From the human T2T-CHM13v2.0 reference genome, Homo sapiens: 64,000 nt of DNA. Of the stretch, positions 14,070 to 27,331 are shown piece after piece; position 1 is the stretch's first letter; the number at the start of each line of letters is the position of its first letter. The position numbers were made by a program, and so were the translations under genes. The stretch lies in assembly GCF_009914755.1 (NCBI RefSeq), contig NC_060936.1. One strand, 5' to 3'. Under the pieces are notes generated by a model. The model had not been told where the DNA came from. It did no database searches and saw only the letters and a program-made list of their open reading frames with translations.

Positions 14070-15095
14070 GAGAAGTGACAAATATTATGAAAACAACCAA
14101 CCAAAGAAGAAAATTGAAAAGGAAAAAATGGAAAAAGATAAGGCTTACTGAGATGAGACAGATTAAATTTTGGGTTCTAGAGTGTGTAGCAAGAGCAGAC
14201 TTCAGACAACCTGAAGCCTAAGTCTGCTGAGGAGTGCTGTGGGCTTTTAGAAAATCTATCTTTGTTTTGTTGAATATCTCAGTAAACACTCTGGAATGTG
14301 TGGGAATTATTTATATCATTTGCTGCTGGTGAGTGGGCTGGTCTTCAAAACAGCCAAGGTGAGGGAGATGTGGATATAAAGCCCTTCATGAAAATGGCTG
14401 AAGGAGCATCTCACTTCCGGTGGCATCCTCACTCCTTGTTGGTGACATCCTTCACATTTTACATCCTCTGTCATTAAATAAACTCTGGACCCTCTTCTGC
14501 TGGGATATTTTCATCCAAAACACCATCACACCATTGTAACCAACATGATGAAGTTTAACTACTCGTAGAAAGAGATAGCTGAACTAACTTCTAAATTAGC
14601 AAGGGGAAAACTTTTTAAAATATAAAAGTCAAATATGTAGTTATAAAAAAAGGGCAGAAATAAATATATACTTGAAAAACTAGAAGTAGCCAAGATAAAC
14701 TCCCCTCTTAAAAGACACAGACTGGAAGATTACATTTTTTTAAATCCACATATATATTTTAGGTGAATCATGCTAGAACTCTCATGATAAATAAATGAAA
14801 ATAATGGAATGGCAAAAATAATATCAGGGAAGTTCTGCACAAAGCAGAGTTCAGCAAATATGCTGTGGGGAAAGCCCCAGTGAATTTGAATAGTACCAGT
14901 TTTCTAAGGTGTCACAGCAGACTCCCATACCAATCCAAGCACAGCTGATCTCTCCTTCTCCTGGCAGAGAATAAGGAAAAAAGAATAAGGAAAGAATAAG
15001 AATAAGGAAAAACAGATGGAGATCATTAGCTCACCTCAGAAAGGTTCTTCCTCTTTGGGATTTTAGTTATCCTGGTAATCCTTGCTTATATAAAT

Positions 15096-15233
15096 GAATG
15101 AGTTGAGGAGGAGTCACTCATCTTCAATTTCTTTGAATAGTTTCACCAGGAATGGTACCAGCTCTTCTTTGCGCATCTGGTAGAATTCAGCTGTGAATCC
15201 ATTTGGTCCTGGGCTTTTTTCAGCTGGTAGGCT
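15096..15233 (-). mobile_element. 138-bp L1 ORF2 fragment, near copy of 13103-13240
   Basis: Manual ungapped alignment: 125/138 identical. Confidence 0.85.
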
Positions 15234-17708
15234 TTGTGATGCCTTTAAAAATAGGCTTGACTTTTTTTTAATTTAGCTTTTCTAGGTCAAAGTAGAAGCG
15301 CTCGTTTGCTATGACCTCCTACATCCTCCTTGAAGTGGAAATCCCAGTTATCTATTAATCTTTCTCATTTTATTTGTCTCCCTCTTCATCCATTCAGTTG
15401 CCAAGTCTCATTGACTGTTTCTGCCAAGTTGCTTGAATTCGGTTCTATCTTTTCTTATTCACAACCACCGCTTTGGTTAGTCATTTGATTATCTTCCTAG
15501 GATGACTACAGTGACATCTAATTCCCCATTTCTAGTTTCGGTCCTGTACAACCAATTCTCTAGACAGTTCTGTAAACTAATCATTGGTAAGTGCAGCTCC
15601 AATGATGTTGGTCTCCAGCTAAAATATTTCCATGGCTTTCTGACAAGGTGTAATGTCAAATTTTGTTCCCAATTTAATGTCAAATTTTTGTCCCATGTTA
15701 TCTCTTGTTTTATGATTCACATTGCTTACGCTTCATCCAAACAAGTCTACTTAGTGCTCCCTTAACATATCCCATACATTGCCCCTATTTGTCCTTTGTT
15801 TGTGTTATTCTCTCTACTTGACAAATTGACAAGTATTTATTCATTTACTCCTAAATATCTGCTTACAGAATCCTACCCATGATTCAAGTCACTGTTTAAA
15901 TGCTGCCTACATCTTCATTTATGCTTCAACGGGATCTCATGATTTTGTCTGATTCTAAATCTTTCTGGTATGTAGTTTTTACTTGTCTTTTGGCACTTAC
16001 TAAAAATTCTGTCCTATCTTATATTGATTTGTCTATCTCCACTACTAAAGTGTAAAATTTTGAAGTCAGGGACCTATTTGTATGATCTGGTAAAATCTAC
16101 ACCTATTAAACCATTTTGGGCAGCAAAGGAGAATAATATTTGTAAAGCAACAAAACAATGAACCACATAATCTGTCTAATTGTACACAGATATTTTCTGA
16201 TGTGAGAACCTAGTCTCTCACTTTTCTGCTTTGTTTCTCAGCATATTTCTGCCATTCTAGGAGTAGAAGATATTCACATTGCCTCTAATAAATACTTGGA
16301 GCAAAGTAAACCTCTTGCTTGGCTGTCTGTTTTAGCTTTTTCACCTTCAAAGCCTTTATATAGAGATGATTTGGAGCAAGTACAAAATATTGCTCTAAGC
16401 AGCATATTGTCTTAGTTTATAATTGATCTTAAAGTTTAAATATTCAGTATTTGTCCACAAAGTGCTTTTAGCACCTCAGAAGAATAACATAATTCAAATA
16501 CAAAGTGCCATTATGTTGTTATCTTCAGCTCTCAGTTTGTGAGGCCATATTTATTACTCATGTGGTTGAATGCTTTACATTTCTACAAATCCTTCCCAGA
16601 GACAGTCCCACCCTAAATAAAATTGTTCAAAGTGAAGATTCTTAGTTTTAAAGTTAAAAATAAATAAATGATAAAACTGCATAAAATGATCCGTTAAGCC
16701 CCATTTGGAACCAAAGAGCATCAATGAGAAACTTTATAAGTGAAGCAGAGAAACATTTATTTGTGCATCAGCTAAACTCTGTTGCCTGCAAAGTATCAAC
16801 TGTCATGTTCTGTAAAATGCTGTGAGTCATACAGATCCAGCAAGCACTTATCACTTCTTATCATCAGCCTATGTGGACTCCGAGCTTGGAGAAAACAAGC
16901 ATAAGGGTCTAAAGCCTGAAATGATTAATAACATAGTTGAAAGAGATTATAAAAGGAGAATTCTTTCTTGTCATTGGATAATCTGTTATAAGCTATTTGG
17001 GCTGTATCTACATTTAATAAAATAACTACTTAATTCAGTAAACCTGGTTTAAAAATGTGCAAACTAATAAGTGTAAGTCATGTAAATATAGTGTAAATAA
17101 ATATCATAAATATAGTGATCTGCATAATTTTAAACCAAATGTTCCCTGTCTGTGAACTGCAGGAACAAATTTAAAAGCCCCAGAGGGGGAGGAGTGTAAC
17201 AGAGGAGTAAGAGTGTAACCCTAAAACCAGACCGCCTAGGGTCGGATTCCCAGCTCAACAATTAGCTATACAGCCTTGAGCAGGTTGATTATAATTGCTC
17301 AAGGTATACCATTAGCCTGTATACCACTAACCTTGATTGCAGTATCAGTTACTGAGTATATACATTTGTCAATACCCATTTAACTAAACACTTAAGATCT
17401 GTGCACTCTGTTTTATATAAGTCATTTGCAATAAAACAGAAAAAAATGTTTAAAAATAGCATTCCTATATGAAGAGAAAAAAATCACAATAGTTATCACG
17501 TATGTTTGTTACAGGGATTAAATAAGATAACACATGTAGCCCATTAGCATTGCTGCCAGTTTAGTATGATTTACAAAAAAAAGAAAAAAGAAAAAAAGAT
17601 AACACATATAAAGTACCCTACAAATTATAATTATTTGAGTAAGGGACCAAAATTTTGCAAGGTAAATATTACTATCCTTTTTGTTTATTTGTTTTAAATT
17701 AATGAGGA

Positions 17709-18181
17709 GGCCTGGAGCGGTGGCTCATGCCTGTAATCCCAGCACTTCTGGAGACTGAAGTGGATGGATCACTTGAGCCCAGGAGGTCTAGGCTACAGTG
17801 AGTTGTATGGCGCCACTGCACTCCAACCTGGGTGACAAAGCAAGACCCTGTCTCAAAATAATAATAATAATAGGGCTGGGTGGGGTGGTTCATGCCTGTA
17901 ATCTGAGAACTTAGGGAGACTGAGGCAGGTGGATCACTTGAGATCAGGAGTTCGAGACCAGCCTGGCCAACATGGTGAAACCCCGTCTCTACTAAAAATA
18001 CAAAAATTAGCCAGGCGTGGTGGCGCACGCCTGTAATCCCAGCTATTCTGGAGGCTGAGGCAGAAAGAATTGCTTCAACCCGGGAGACGGAGGTTGCAGT
18101 GAGCTGAGATCGTGCCACTGCACTACATCCTGGGTGACAGAGTGAGACTCCATCTCAAAAATAAATAAATAAATAATAATT
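17709..18181 (+). mobile_element. FRAM/AluJ-type monomer (17709-17871) followed by AluSx (17873-18181)
   Basis: Two Alu units back to back; the whole compound is flanked by AATTAATGAGGA (17697-17708, 18182-18193). Confidence 0.85.
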
Positions 18182-18215
18182 AATTAATGAGGAAGCATAG
18201 TCTTAAAAATTTATA

Positions 18216-18521
18216 CAGTCATCCCTCAGTATCCATGGGAGATTCATTCCAGGACATCTGATGAATACTAAAATCAACAGATACTCAAGTCCTTGACATA
18301 AAATGGTGTAGTATTTGTATTCTCCCATATACTTAAAATCACCTCTAGATTCCTTATAATGTATAATACAATGTAAATGCTATGTGAATAGTTGTTATAC
18401 TGTATTGCTTAGGTAATAATGATAAGAAAAGTCTCTACGTGCTTAGTACAGATGCAATTTCAAAAAAAAAAAAGTGTTTGATCTGCCATTGGTTGAATCC
18501 ATGGATGTGAAGGGCCGATTG
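18216..18521. mobile_element. MER2 (Tigger-type MITE)
   Basis: TA-CAGTCATCCCTCAGTATCCATGGG...CCATGGATGTGAAGGGCCGATTG-TA; terminal inverted repeats with TA TSD. Confidence 0.8.
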
Positions 18522-20009
18522 TACTAACTTACCAAAGATTTGAAGCTGAGTTTTAAATTCTGATCTGTTGAATGTCAAAGTTTTCTTCACTGTAATAGAA
18601 AATTACAATGTGGACCCTCTTTAGGAAGTTTGGCTGGATCGAATGAACGGTTTGGTATAAATCCTGTTCTTTTCTTGTAGTTTAACCATGGGAAAAGCAC
18701 TCAAGTGATTCAAATGTTTTAGTAAAAATATTCTGAACACAGAAAATTCAAATTTCAAAGTTTACAATTGAAAATCTTAAACTGGATACAGCAAGGGAGG
18801 GATGAAAACATTATGGAAAATGAGAAATTCATTCTTGTTGTCTGTTAAATACTAAGGGAATATTTTGCTGTTTCAAATCTGTTTAGAACTGGTACTTTTC
18901 AGATGGACAGCCTAATAAATGGTGGTAGAAAACAGATAAACTTTGTGTATGACTTTTTGGAGAAATATACATCAACATGAAAAATACATAAACATAAAAT
19001 TAGGTACAAGCTATGTTAGTTATATGGTTTGAATAAAAAGAAAATCATTATGAAATATACAGCTTGTCTGTATGAACCTATTTCCAAATGACACTTTGTA
19101 GGTTATGAAATGTTCACCTAAAATTACCATTTGTATATAAAAGACTTACAAAAAAGTTCCCAAATTTCTTCTAAATCACAGTTGAATTTAGTTCCACTTT
19201 TTAGCTCATCTCCATTTGCCATACAATGAAGGTGATCCTGAGAATTAAGTAGCATTTTAAATAATGTATTATCAGCTTTGATTCTATATTAATATCATAA
19301 ACTCATTCATGTCTTAAGAGTCATTCTCTTTGATTTTTGAAATTCTGACATTTTAATGAAATTATGTAAAGGGTTTGACTATTCTTTTGGAAAATCTCAT
19401 TTAAAATACATCAGTAGCAGCATCTTTATGTAAAAAAATCAATGTTTCTGTCATTTATTCATTAAAATAGTACTAGCTACATGTTCAGAAAGAAAAAAAA
19501 AACCTGTGCAAAGTGTGATTGGTATAGAAAGGCATCCTCAGAGAACTTTCAACTTAGCAAAGGGAAACAGAATTCATACTGAAATGACCATCATAGACAT
19601 TAATATTTAAGGATGTCATTTAATACAAGGGCAGTAGGCTAAAAGTAAGAAAAATATTTCTGGAAAGGTAGCTTACTCTGAACATAGAAAGTTCAAACTG
19701 AAAGTTTGTAATTAAAAATCTTATATTTGATACAGTGCTAATACAGAAGATTTAACAGAGAGTGATTCAATGAGAAAAACTAAAATGAGCAGAGACACAA
19801 AAACACAAGAGCAGAGACCCAAAAATAGGAAAATAATGAGAAGATTAATACCAACTGGTATAACTACAAATTTTAGCTAGTAGAGAAATAGGAGATAAAC
19901 ATTAGAAAAGATGGTTGGTGGCAGATTGGAAAGGTCTGAAATGCCAGAATAAAAAATTTAGACTTTTATTCCCCAGGTTGTGAAATGCTGGCTTTATCTT
20001 TATTCTAAG

Positions 20010-20492
20010 CAGTGTTTTTCAAAGTATGGTCTTAGGAATCTTGGGGTCCTCAAATGAGTCTCATGAGGGGTTTTATGAGGTCAAAACTATTTTCCTAATA
20101 CTATGACAGTAATAGCAGTTGTCACTCTCACTGCCCCAGAGTTTTCAGTGTAGTTTTCCAAGATGTGTGAAGTAATGTAACAATCCAGGTGTCTTCTCTT
20201 AAGCAAGACATTAAAGAGATTTACAAAAGCATAAACACTTGCCATTTTTCTCAATAATCATGTTTTTGTTTTTGGAAAATGTTTATTTTTCATAAAAATA
20301 TATTATTTATATAAACATGTAATGGTGTATTATAGGTATTTGAAAATAAATTAATACATATTTTTAGAGGTTCTCAGTTTTTATTTCTCAACTAAATAAA
20401 AATATATAACCTACCTAAACAAAAGCTCTTTGAGGTCTTCATTATTTTTAAGAGTTTAAAGTGATTCTGAGACCAAAATATGTGAGAATCCT
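20010..20492. mobile_element. hAT-Charlie DNA transposon (Charlie4-like)
   Basis: CAGTGTTTTTCAAAGTATGGTC...GAGGTCAAAACTATTTTC...AAACAAAAGCTCTTTGAGGTC...GAGACCAAAA. Confidence 0.6.
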
Positions 20493-22639
20493 AACAGTAA
20501 TCTGGTCTTGATATAGACTCAATCATGACCTCTAGTGGATATATCCAGCCATTTTGTAAACTTGAGGACATCAGATTCAGTCACCAAAATTAAAAGAAAA
20601 AAATCATTTGAAATCTCACTGTCATTTCTTCTTGAGAATTCGTTCATAATCTTCTACCATAGGTACCAAATCTAGTTTCAGGTACAGTGGCTAGAGCTAG
20701 GGTTTTCCAAGGTATCCCTGGATCACCTGCTTCAGAATCACCTGTGAGATAGGCTTACAAGGAAGATTCCTGGGCCTTTTCTAGAACTTTCAATCAGAGT
20801 TCCTTGTGATGCAGCCCATCTGCATTCCATCAAGAACCCCACAGTGTTCCTATCAACACTGACATTAAGATTCTTGTTTCAGTATATTTGTGCTGTATAT
20901 TTGTGCTGTACTTAAGAGTTTACAAAGAATCACCAAAAAATGGTGGTTAAGACTTACATGGAGTCAAAGACTTTTGCTCACTTGTAATTTCAGTGCTCAC
21001 AGACTTAGGTGCTTTTCCACTAGAAGATATATTGTTATCAGGCAGGCATTTAGAACCTAAAGTTGATGGGTCTGTCCAAAGATAAGAAGTACCTACATGT
21101 CCCTATTGAGACCTTAATTCATCAGAGAACCACTCTACCCTCATGAAGGAGGAAAGTATGAGTCAAACCTGCACTTCTAAGACTAACATGCAAAAGAATC
21201 ACTAGAGACTGCAAAGCTTAAAATATTTACTATCTGGTGATTTACACAAAATTTGCCTACCTCTTGGTCTAGATCAATGCTTTCTAAGTTAACAAACAAA
21301 TAAATCTTCTAGGGATCTTGTTAAAATGTAACTTCTGATTCAGTGGATCTGGGGCCAAGATTCTTATTTCTAATGAGCTCCCAGGAAATGCTGCTGAGCT
21401 GCTGGCCACCTGAGAGCAGGTTTGAAATGCAGAACCCCAGGCCTGAGGGCATGCCCACTGACTTGGCAGGTGCCTTTCACCAGGAAGCACAGGTAATCTT
21501 CATGCCAGTGAACGATTACACCGGAAACATTGGTGCAATCTACCAAAAAAAGAGCATGGTTTTTGACTTCTGACAAAGCTGCATTGGAATCCCACTCTTA
21601 TTTGTTAGGTGTAAGAATGCAGCATACAATTCAAACTCTCCTAACATCCTCTTTTTCCTCTTTAAAGTGATGACAAAAATACTTTATCCACCCACATCTT
21701 AACCTTGTTGTGAAAGTGCAACGGAAACAATTGCTGAATAATAGCTAACACATACTGATGGCTAAACCACTGCTGTGAATAATTTACAAACAAAGAAATC
21801 AAGAAACTGACAAAGAAATAAGAGTAGTGGAACAACTTGTTTGAATTCAGGCAGAGAAGGGTAGAACTGGTATTCATTCTTGGCTCATATTATCTACTCC
21901 TGCCCTCTTAAAGGCCCCCCAGCCCTGTTCAAATGTCTGTGTTGATGACTTCTATCATGATTTGTGAACATATTCTGAGACACATCTCTATGCACAAATG
22001 AAAGAAACCTACAGTCTGGGCCAATAGGAAAAATGTTGCAAACCTCAGTACACACACCTGACCTTGCCAAAACATCAAAAAGCAATGAAGTAAATCTAAA
22101 GTTATCCTGATCAAAATCCTATGTTAGGACAATTTTGTTTAATGAAGATTAGGCTACAAAAAAAATCCAGCAATAGTCTACTTTTATGATGACTATATTA
22201 CATGCTGGAGGAGATAGCAGTGTAAAAGCACCTCAATTATCTAGTTTCCTTGTCTTTAAAATCACCTTAGAGATTGCTCTCAGGGCAGTTTTGACACCAA
22301 AGCCTCCATCTGCTTATAATCTCCCTTGCCTTCTGAGAGCTATTTCAGTCCTTGCTATTTTGCTCAGCAGGAAGTCACCATCCCTGCTACTCACTTTCAT
22401 TTTTCCTTCCTGCCCTTATTAGAGGTCACAGTCCTTGAAAGCTCTTTGGAAAAGCTTTATAAAAGGCAACAGCATCCTCTACTGACTGTGACTCATAATG
22501 TCAAAGGGGCACCAACTCCAGCATTTGAGCATGATTTGTGTTACTTCTGCTTTAGTACCCTTATCAGGGATTTTTTTATGTCCTTATTTTATGCTGATTT
22601 TCATATTAAAATGAAACATTGGTGTGTGAACTAATTTTA

Positions 22640-24750
22640 AGTAGTAAAATAAAATGGCTTTCAGCAGAATATTACACCAGGTGTTGTTTTGAAAAACATA
22701 ATTCTTTGCACATGGCATGGCCTTTTTTCAGAACCTCCAGGGCTTGCATTGTGATTCTTTGCCTAAGTCTTGTCACAAATTCCACATGACATTTTTCTCA
22801 CCATTGATACTTCCAGCACCATAGGGCCTGTCAGATCACATGGTCCAAGTGGCAGGGCTGCCTGGACCCCAACCTGAATGAGCTATAAGCCCTTTCCCAT
22901 TCTAGACCCAATTCATAGAACTCACACACTGTCCCATAATTCAGTATAAGAGCCAACGCAGTGTTTTTAGTTGTAGAATATGTTGCCTCAGAACCCGAAG
23001 AAGTCTTCCAGCTATTTTGCTCTCTTTTTCATGGTAAGAGCTGTAAGATACGAAGGTTTGATTTTTATCAGGACAGGATGTCCCAGCAGAGCTCTGATCA
23101 CTAAAATCCCTAAACTCATAGGTTTCTGTCAGGTTTCTGACATTTTTATGGGGTTTATCTCCCCTCCTCTGCAGTGGGTATGTTTTATTTAACAAGACCT
23201 CCATCATCCACTTCTTGCTCATCTAATCCAGTCTACATATAACCATCAATGTAATGGATCAATGTGATGATCAAAGATGACCACATGATCCATATTTCTT
23301 TGGAGTATGACTGTCACAGAAGATGAGAAAATTAATACAGTCTTGAGGTGAAGCATAATTGTAAATGTAACTTTTTGGGTCCAATCCATGTGATTATTAA
23401 CTATTTCTAATCTTCTTTCCTTTTGGGGATAGAAAAGAACAAATTTGGTAAATCAGTGGCTGCAGACCATGTGTCTGAGGTCATATTAATCTGTTATAGC
23501 AAAGATACCACTTCTGCCACCAAGACTGTGTTGACAATTACTATTTGGTTGAGTTTGTGGTAGGCTATAGTCATCTTCTAGGATTCATCCAGTTTCTTCA
23601 GCATACAAACTGGTGAATTAAATGGAAATAAGATGGGAAACACTATCCCCGGAACCTGGATTCATTAGATCCTTAAGGGCACTAATCTCTGCCATCCTCC
23701 CTCAATATCACTACCTCCACAATGTGATAAGACTTCCAGACTGGGTGTGAGATTTGGAGACCTCCATCTTCCCTACTATGACAAATCTCACCCCACAGGC
23801 CAAGGACCCAATGTGAAATTGTACCAACTGCCATGTGTTTCAATCCCAGTTGTACCTTCAGATTAGAGGAATGATCACCAGGTGGACCTATGGATCTATG
23901 GACCTAGCGAACCCCATATAAATCAGAACATAGCCAGGATTCCATTTATTATCTGGACCCCATCCTAATGGTTATGATGACATTTCATGTCTCCAGATGT
24001 AAGTATTATCTCAGACACAGTATCTAATGGTCTCTGAAATGCATAGACGTTCCCATTTCCTTAGTGCACAATATCTGAGTAAATGTCCATAGATGTTTCA
24101 GAGGAAGGATTGGGAAAACTATTAGCATATAAATTCACTGGGGTTTGGCAGTCTTTCCTCCTGGGGACCAAGCCACTCCTCAGTCAATGGGTGTTGAGTC
24201 TGAAAATTGCCTCAAGTCCAAAAATTTGGCAAAGAATGACTGTGCTTGGCCTCTTTTGATGTCTTCTACTGGTAGACGCTGAGTAATGCCCTTGTTGACT
24301 CCCCTCATATTTTGACCCTTTAGATAACGTGTTCTGTTGACTATCTCCATAACTCTCAGCAGGGCAGGCCCCCTCAAATGCCACTTCTCCAGCTTCTGCC
24401 AGTACATGTTGGCTAGGTCTTGCAGCTCCTTTGGGAAATATCTCTTTTCCTTTGTTATAAAGCCCAGTAAGTCCCTAGCTGGGTCATGCTGTGACTTAAT
24501 CCTACTTATAGGTCCAGTGTCCTAGTGCCCAGGAGGAGAGGGAAGGGCAGATCCAGAAAGAGGTACCTAAAACTTTGTGGAAGAGGGGCCTCTGCATCAT
24601 CTTCCAGAATGCAGGGTGTACTGGTTCATACTAGGGAGAGGCTGGCCATTCCTGTAGGCTCAGAAAGTTCAGAAGTCTTTCAGTTCAAAACATCTGGAGG
24701 AATATCAGGCCAGATGATTCTCTTCATGTGTCCCAGGGTTTCCCAAACAG
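22640..24750 (-). mobile_element. Decayed ERVL-class internal region (gag-pol remnant)
   Basis: Minus-strand translation near 23535-23630 gives FPFNSPVCMLKKLDES*KMTIAYHKLNQIV (RT FNSPVW...WRMTVDYRKLN); near 23240-23270 gives ITLIHYIDG (degenerate YIDD). Boundaries approximate. Confidence 0.75.
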
Positions 24751-25046
24751 GTCCTATCCTTAGTTTGTCTTCTTTTTGCTTCCTTTTGTTGCTAACATTG
24801 ATCTTACAAGCTGTGATCGTGTTTTGCTTTTATTTAAAATTACAAAATATACTGAGTCTTTCTCCAACCTACAAGTTGTTTGGAAGTTTTGTTTTTAATA
24901 TCCAAATTAAATTTTCTGACACCATTACATTTTCACATTTTTTCTTGTAGTTCTGTCCATTTTTACTTTTTATATTTTGAAGCTATGAGTTTGGGTGCGT
25001 GGGTTCAGGATTGCCCTAAGTTTCTGATAAATATTTTCTCTGGTTG

Positions 25047-25675
25047 TGTCAGAGGCATTTGAACCAGAGTGACTCCATCTTGAATAGGGGCTGTGTAAAA
25101 TAAGACTGAGACCTATTGGGCTGCATTCCCAGGAGGCTAGGCATTCTTAATTACAGGATGAGATAGGAAGTTGGCACAAGATACAGGTCACAAAGATCTT
25201 GCTTATAAAACAGGTCGTGGTAAAGAAGCCGGCCAAAACCCCCCAAAACCAAGAGGGCAATGAAAGTAACCTCTGGTCATCCTCACTCCTCATTATATGC
25301 TAATTATAATGCATTAGCATACTGAAAGACACTCCCATCAACAACATGACAGTTTACAAATGCCATGGCAACATCAGGAAGTTACCCTACATGGTCTAAA
25401 AAGGGGAGGAACCCTCAGTTCCAGGAATTGCGCACCCCTTTCCTAGAAAACTCATGAATAATCTACCCTTTGTTAAGCATATAATGAAAAAATAAAGTAT
25501 TCTTACACAAGCAGCCCATGCTGCTGCTCTGCCTATGGAGTAGCCATTTTTTATTCCTTTACTTTCCTAATAAACTTGTTTTCACTTTACTCTATGGACT
25601 CACCCCAAATTGTTTCTTGGGCAAGGTCCAAGAACCCTCTCTTGGGGTCTGGATCAGGACACTTTTTCAGTAATA
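25047..25675 (+). mobile_element. MER41B solo LTR (ERV1)
   Basis: TGTCAGAGGCATTTGAACCAGAG...CTCTTGGGGTCTGGATCAGGAC...; 4-bp TSD GTTG (25043-25046, 25676-25679). Confidence 0.9.
25419..25448. promoter_or_regulatory. Tandem GAS/STAT motifs in MER41B
   Basis: TTCCAGGAA (25419-25427) and TTCCTAGAA (25440-25448); both fit TTCN3GAA. Binding not shown. Confidence 0.6.
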
Positions 25676-26975
25676 GTTGTTTGTAATAACTGTCTTTACC
25701 TTTTCCAATGCTTTAGGCTTAAAGAACATTTTGCAAATTTTAGTAATTCTACAAGGTTCATACTTACCTAAAATATCTCTTCCTCAACCCCTTATTTTTA
25801 ACTTTTTCAATCACTACGTTTTATATGCATTTCTTTAAAGCACATAAGCTGGACTTGAAAAACGAAAACAAAACCAAAATTACTGATATATCTTGATTCA
25901 GTTTTACTGCCTATTTTGTGCTATTTTTTACCATGCTTTCTCTTTGCTTATTTTATTTTCCTCCATATCTCCTCCCTTGATGAAGTTTTGTTTATATTCT
26001 CTTTCTCCTATCCTTGTTTAGAAGTTAGAACTTTCAATAGTCACCCTTATAATTTTAAACATGCTTATTTAACTAAAGTCTGAATTTTATCTCTCTACTT
26101 TATTCCCAAAGAAAATGAGATCTTCAGAAAGCTTTAATTACAAATCACCCTCCTACCTCTTTCAAACTCGTTGTAGGTCAGCATTTTAATTTTTTAAAAA
26201 AGGACATTTTTATTGTTAGTTTTTGCAGTCAGGGCTTATTCAGATTTACACAAATGTTAACTAAATCTTTGCATTTACATTCTGAGATCCATGCCTTTAC
26301 TACTGATGTAAAAATTTTAATGGTCAGTAAAGGATCCATGAGTAGGTCATTGAGCAAGGGTCCATGAGTAGGAAACACAGTCTTTGTATGAAAATAACTT
26401 TATTCCACATTTATTGCTATTTTTCTGAGTATACAACATTAGAATGACTGTTCATTTCCCTCTGCACTTTGAGCTTGGCTATGCATATTGTGGTTGCTGC
26501 TGCTCTATCTTATCCAGCATCTCTGCAGTGAGGGGGAGGCCTATGTTACCCCAGCTCACAGAGTGGCCGTAACCAGAAGGTTTCTCTAAGAAAAGCCTTT
26601 GATTAGAGCCTCTTCAAGTTCGGATTTCCTTTCCTTTCAAACAAAAAAAATTCTAATTTTTAAAGCTGGCTTTGTCTACTCATGTGTTGAAGATATGAGC
26701 AGGGTTTATAAAATATTTTCCCACTACACAGCCCAAGTCTAAATGAACCAGATTAATTCTTCCTCTTTGTCCCATTGTACCCTGCACCAACTTGAATTAT
26801 AGCACTGTCACAACCAAATTCACTTACTTTGCATATGCCTAGCTCCCACACTAGAATGTAAGCATGATGAGGGTTGAAAAGTTACATACTTAGAATTGTA
26901 TCCCTAGCTCTTCATAGGGTACGTATATAAACAGTGTTTCTTAAATGAGGCAATGGATAAACAAGTTATGTTTTC

Positions 26976-27278
<303 letters not shown>

Positions 27279-27331
27279 AGTGATGTTTTCAACAGTGGGA
27301 AATCTTAGACCTACTTCTGAATTTCAGTGGC

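Noticed and set aside
14968-15012. Repeated GAATAAGGAAA units, and spaced short duplications at ~15651-15695, ~20882-20908 and ~26329-26372
   Set aside because: Ordinary slippage duplications with 2-4 copies and no repeat-spacer regularity; not CRISPR-like, and the DNA is human.
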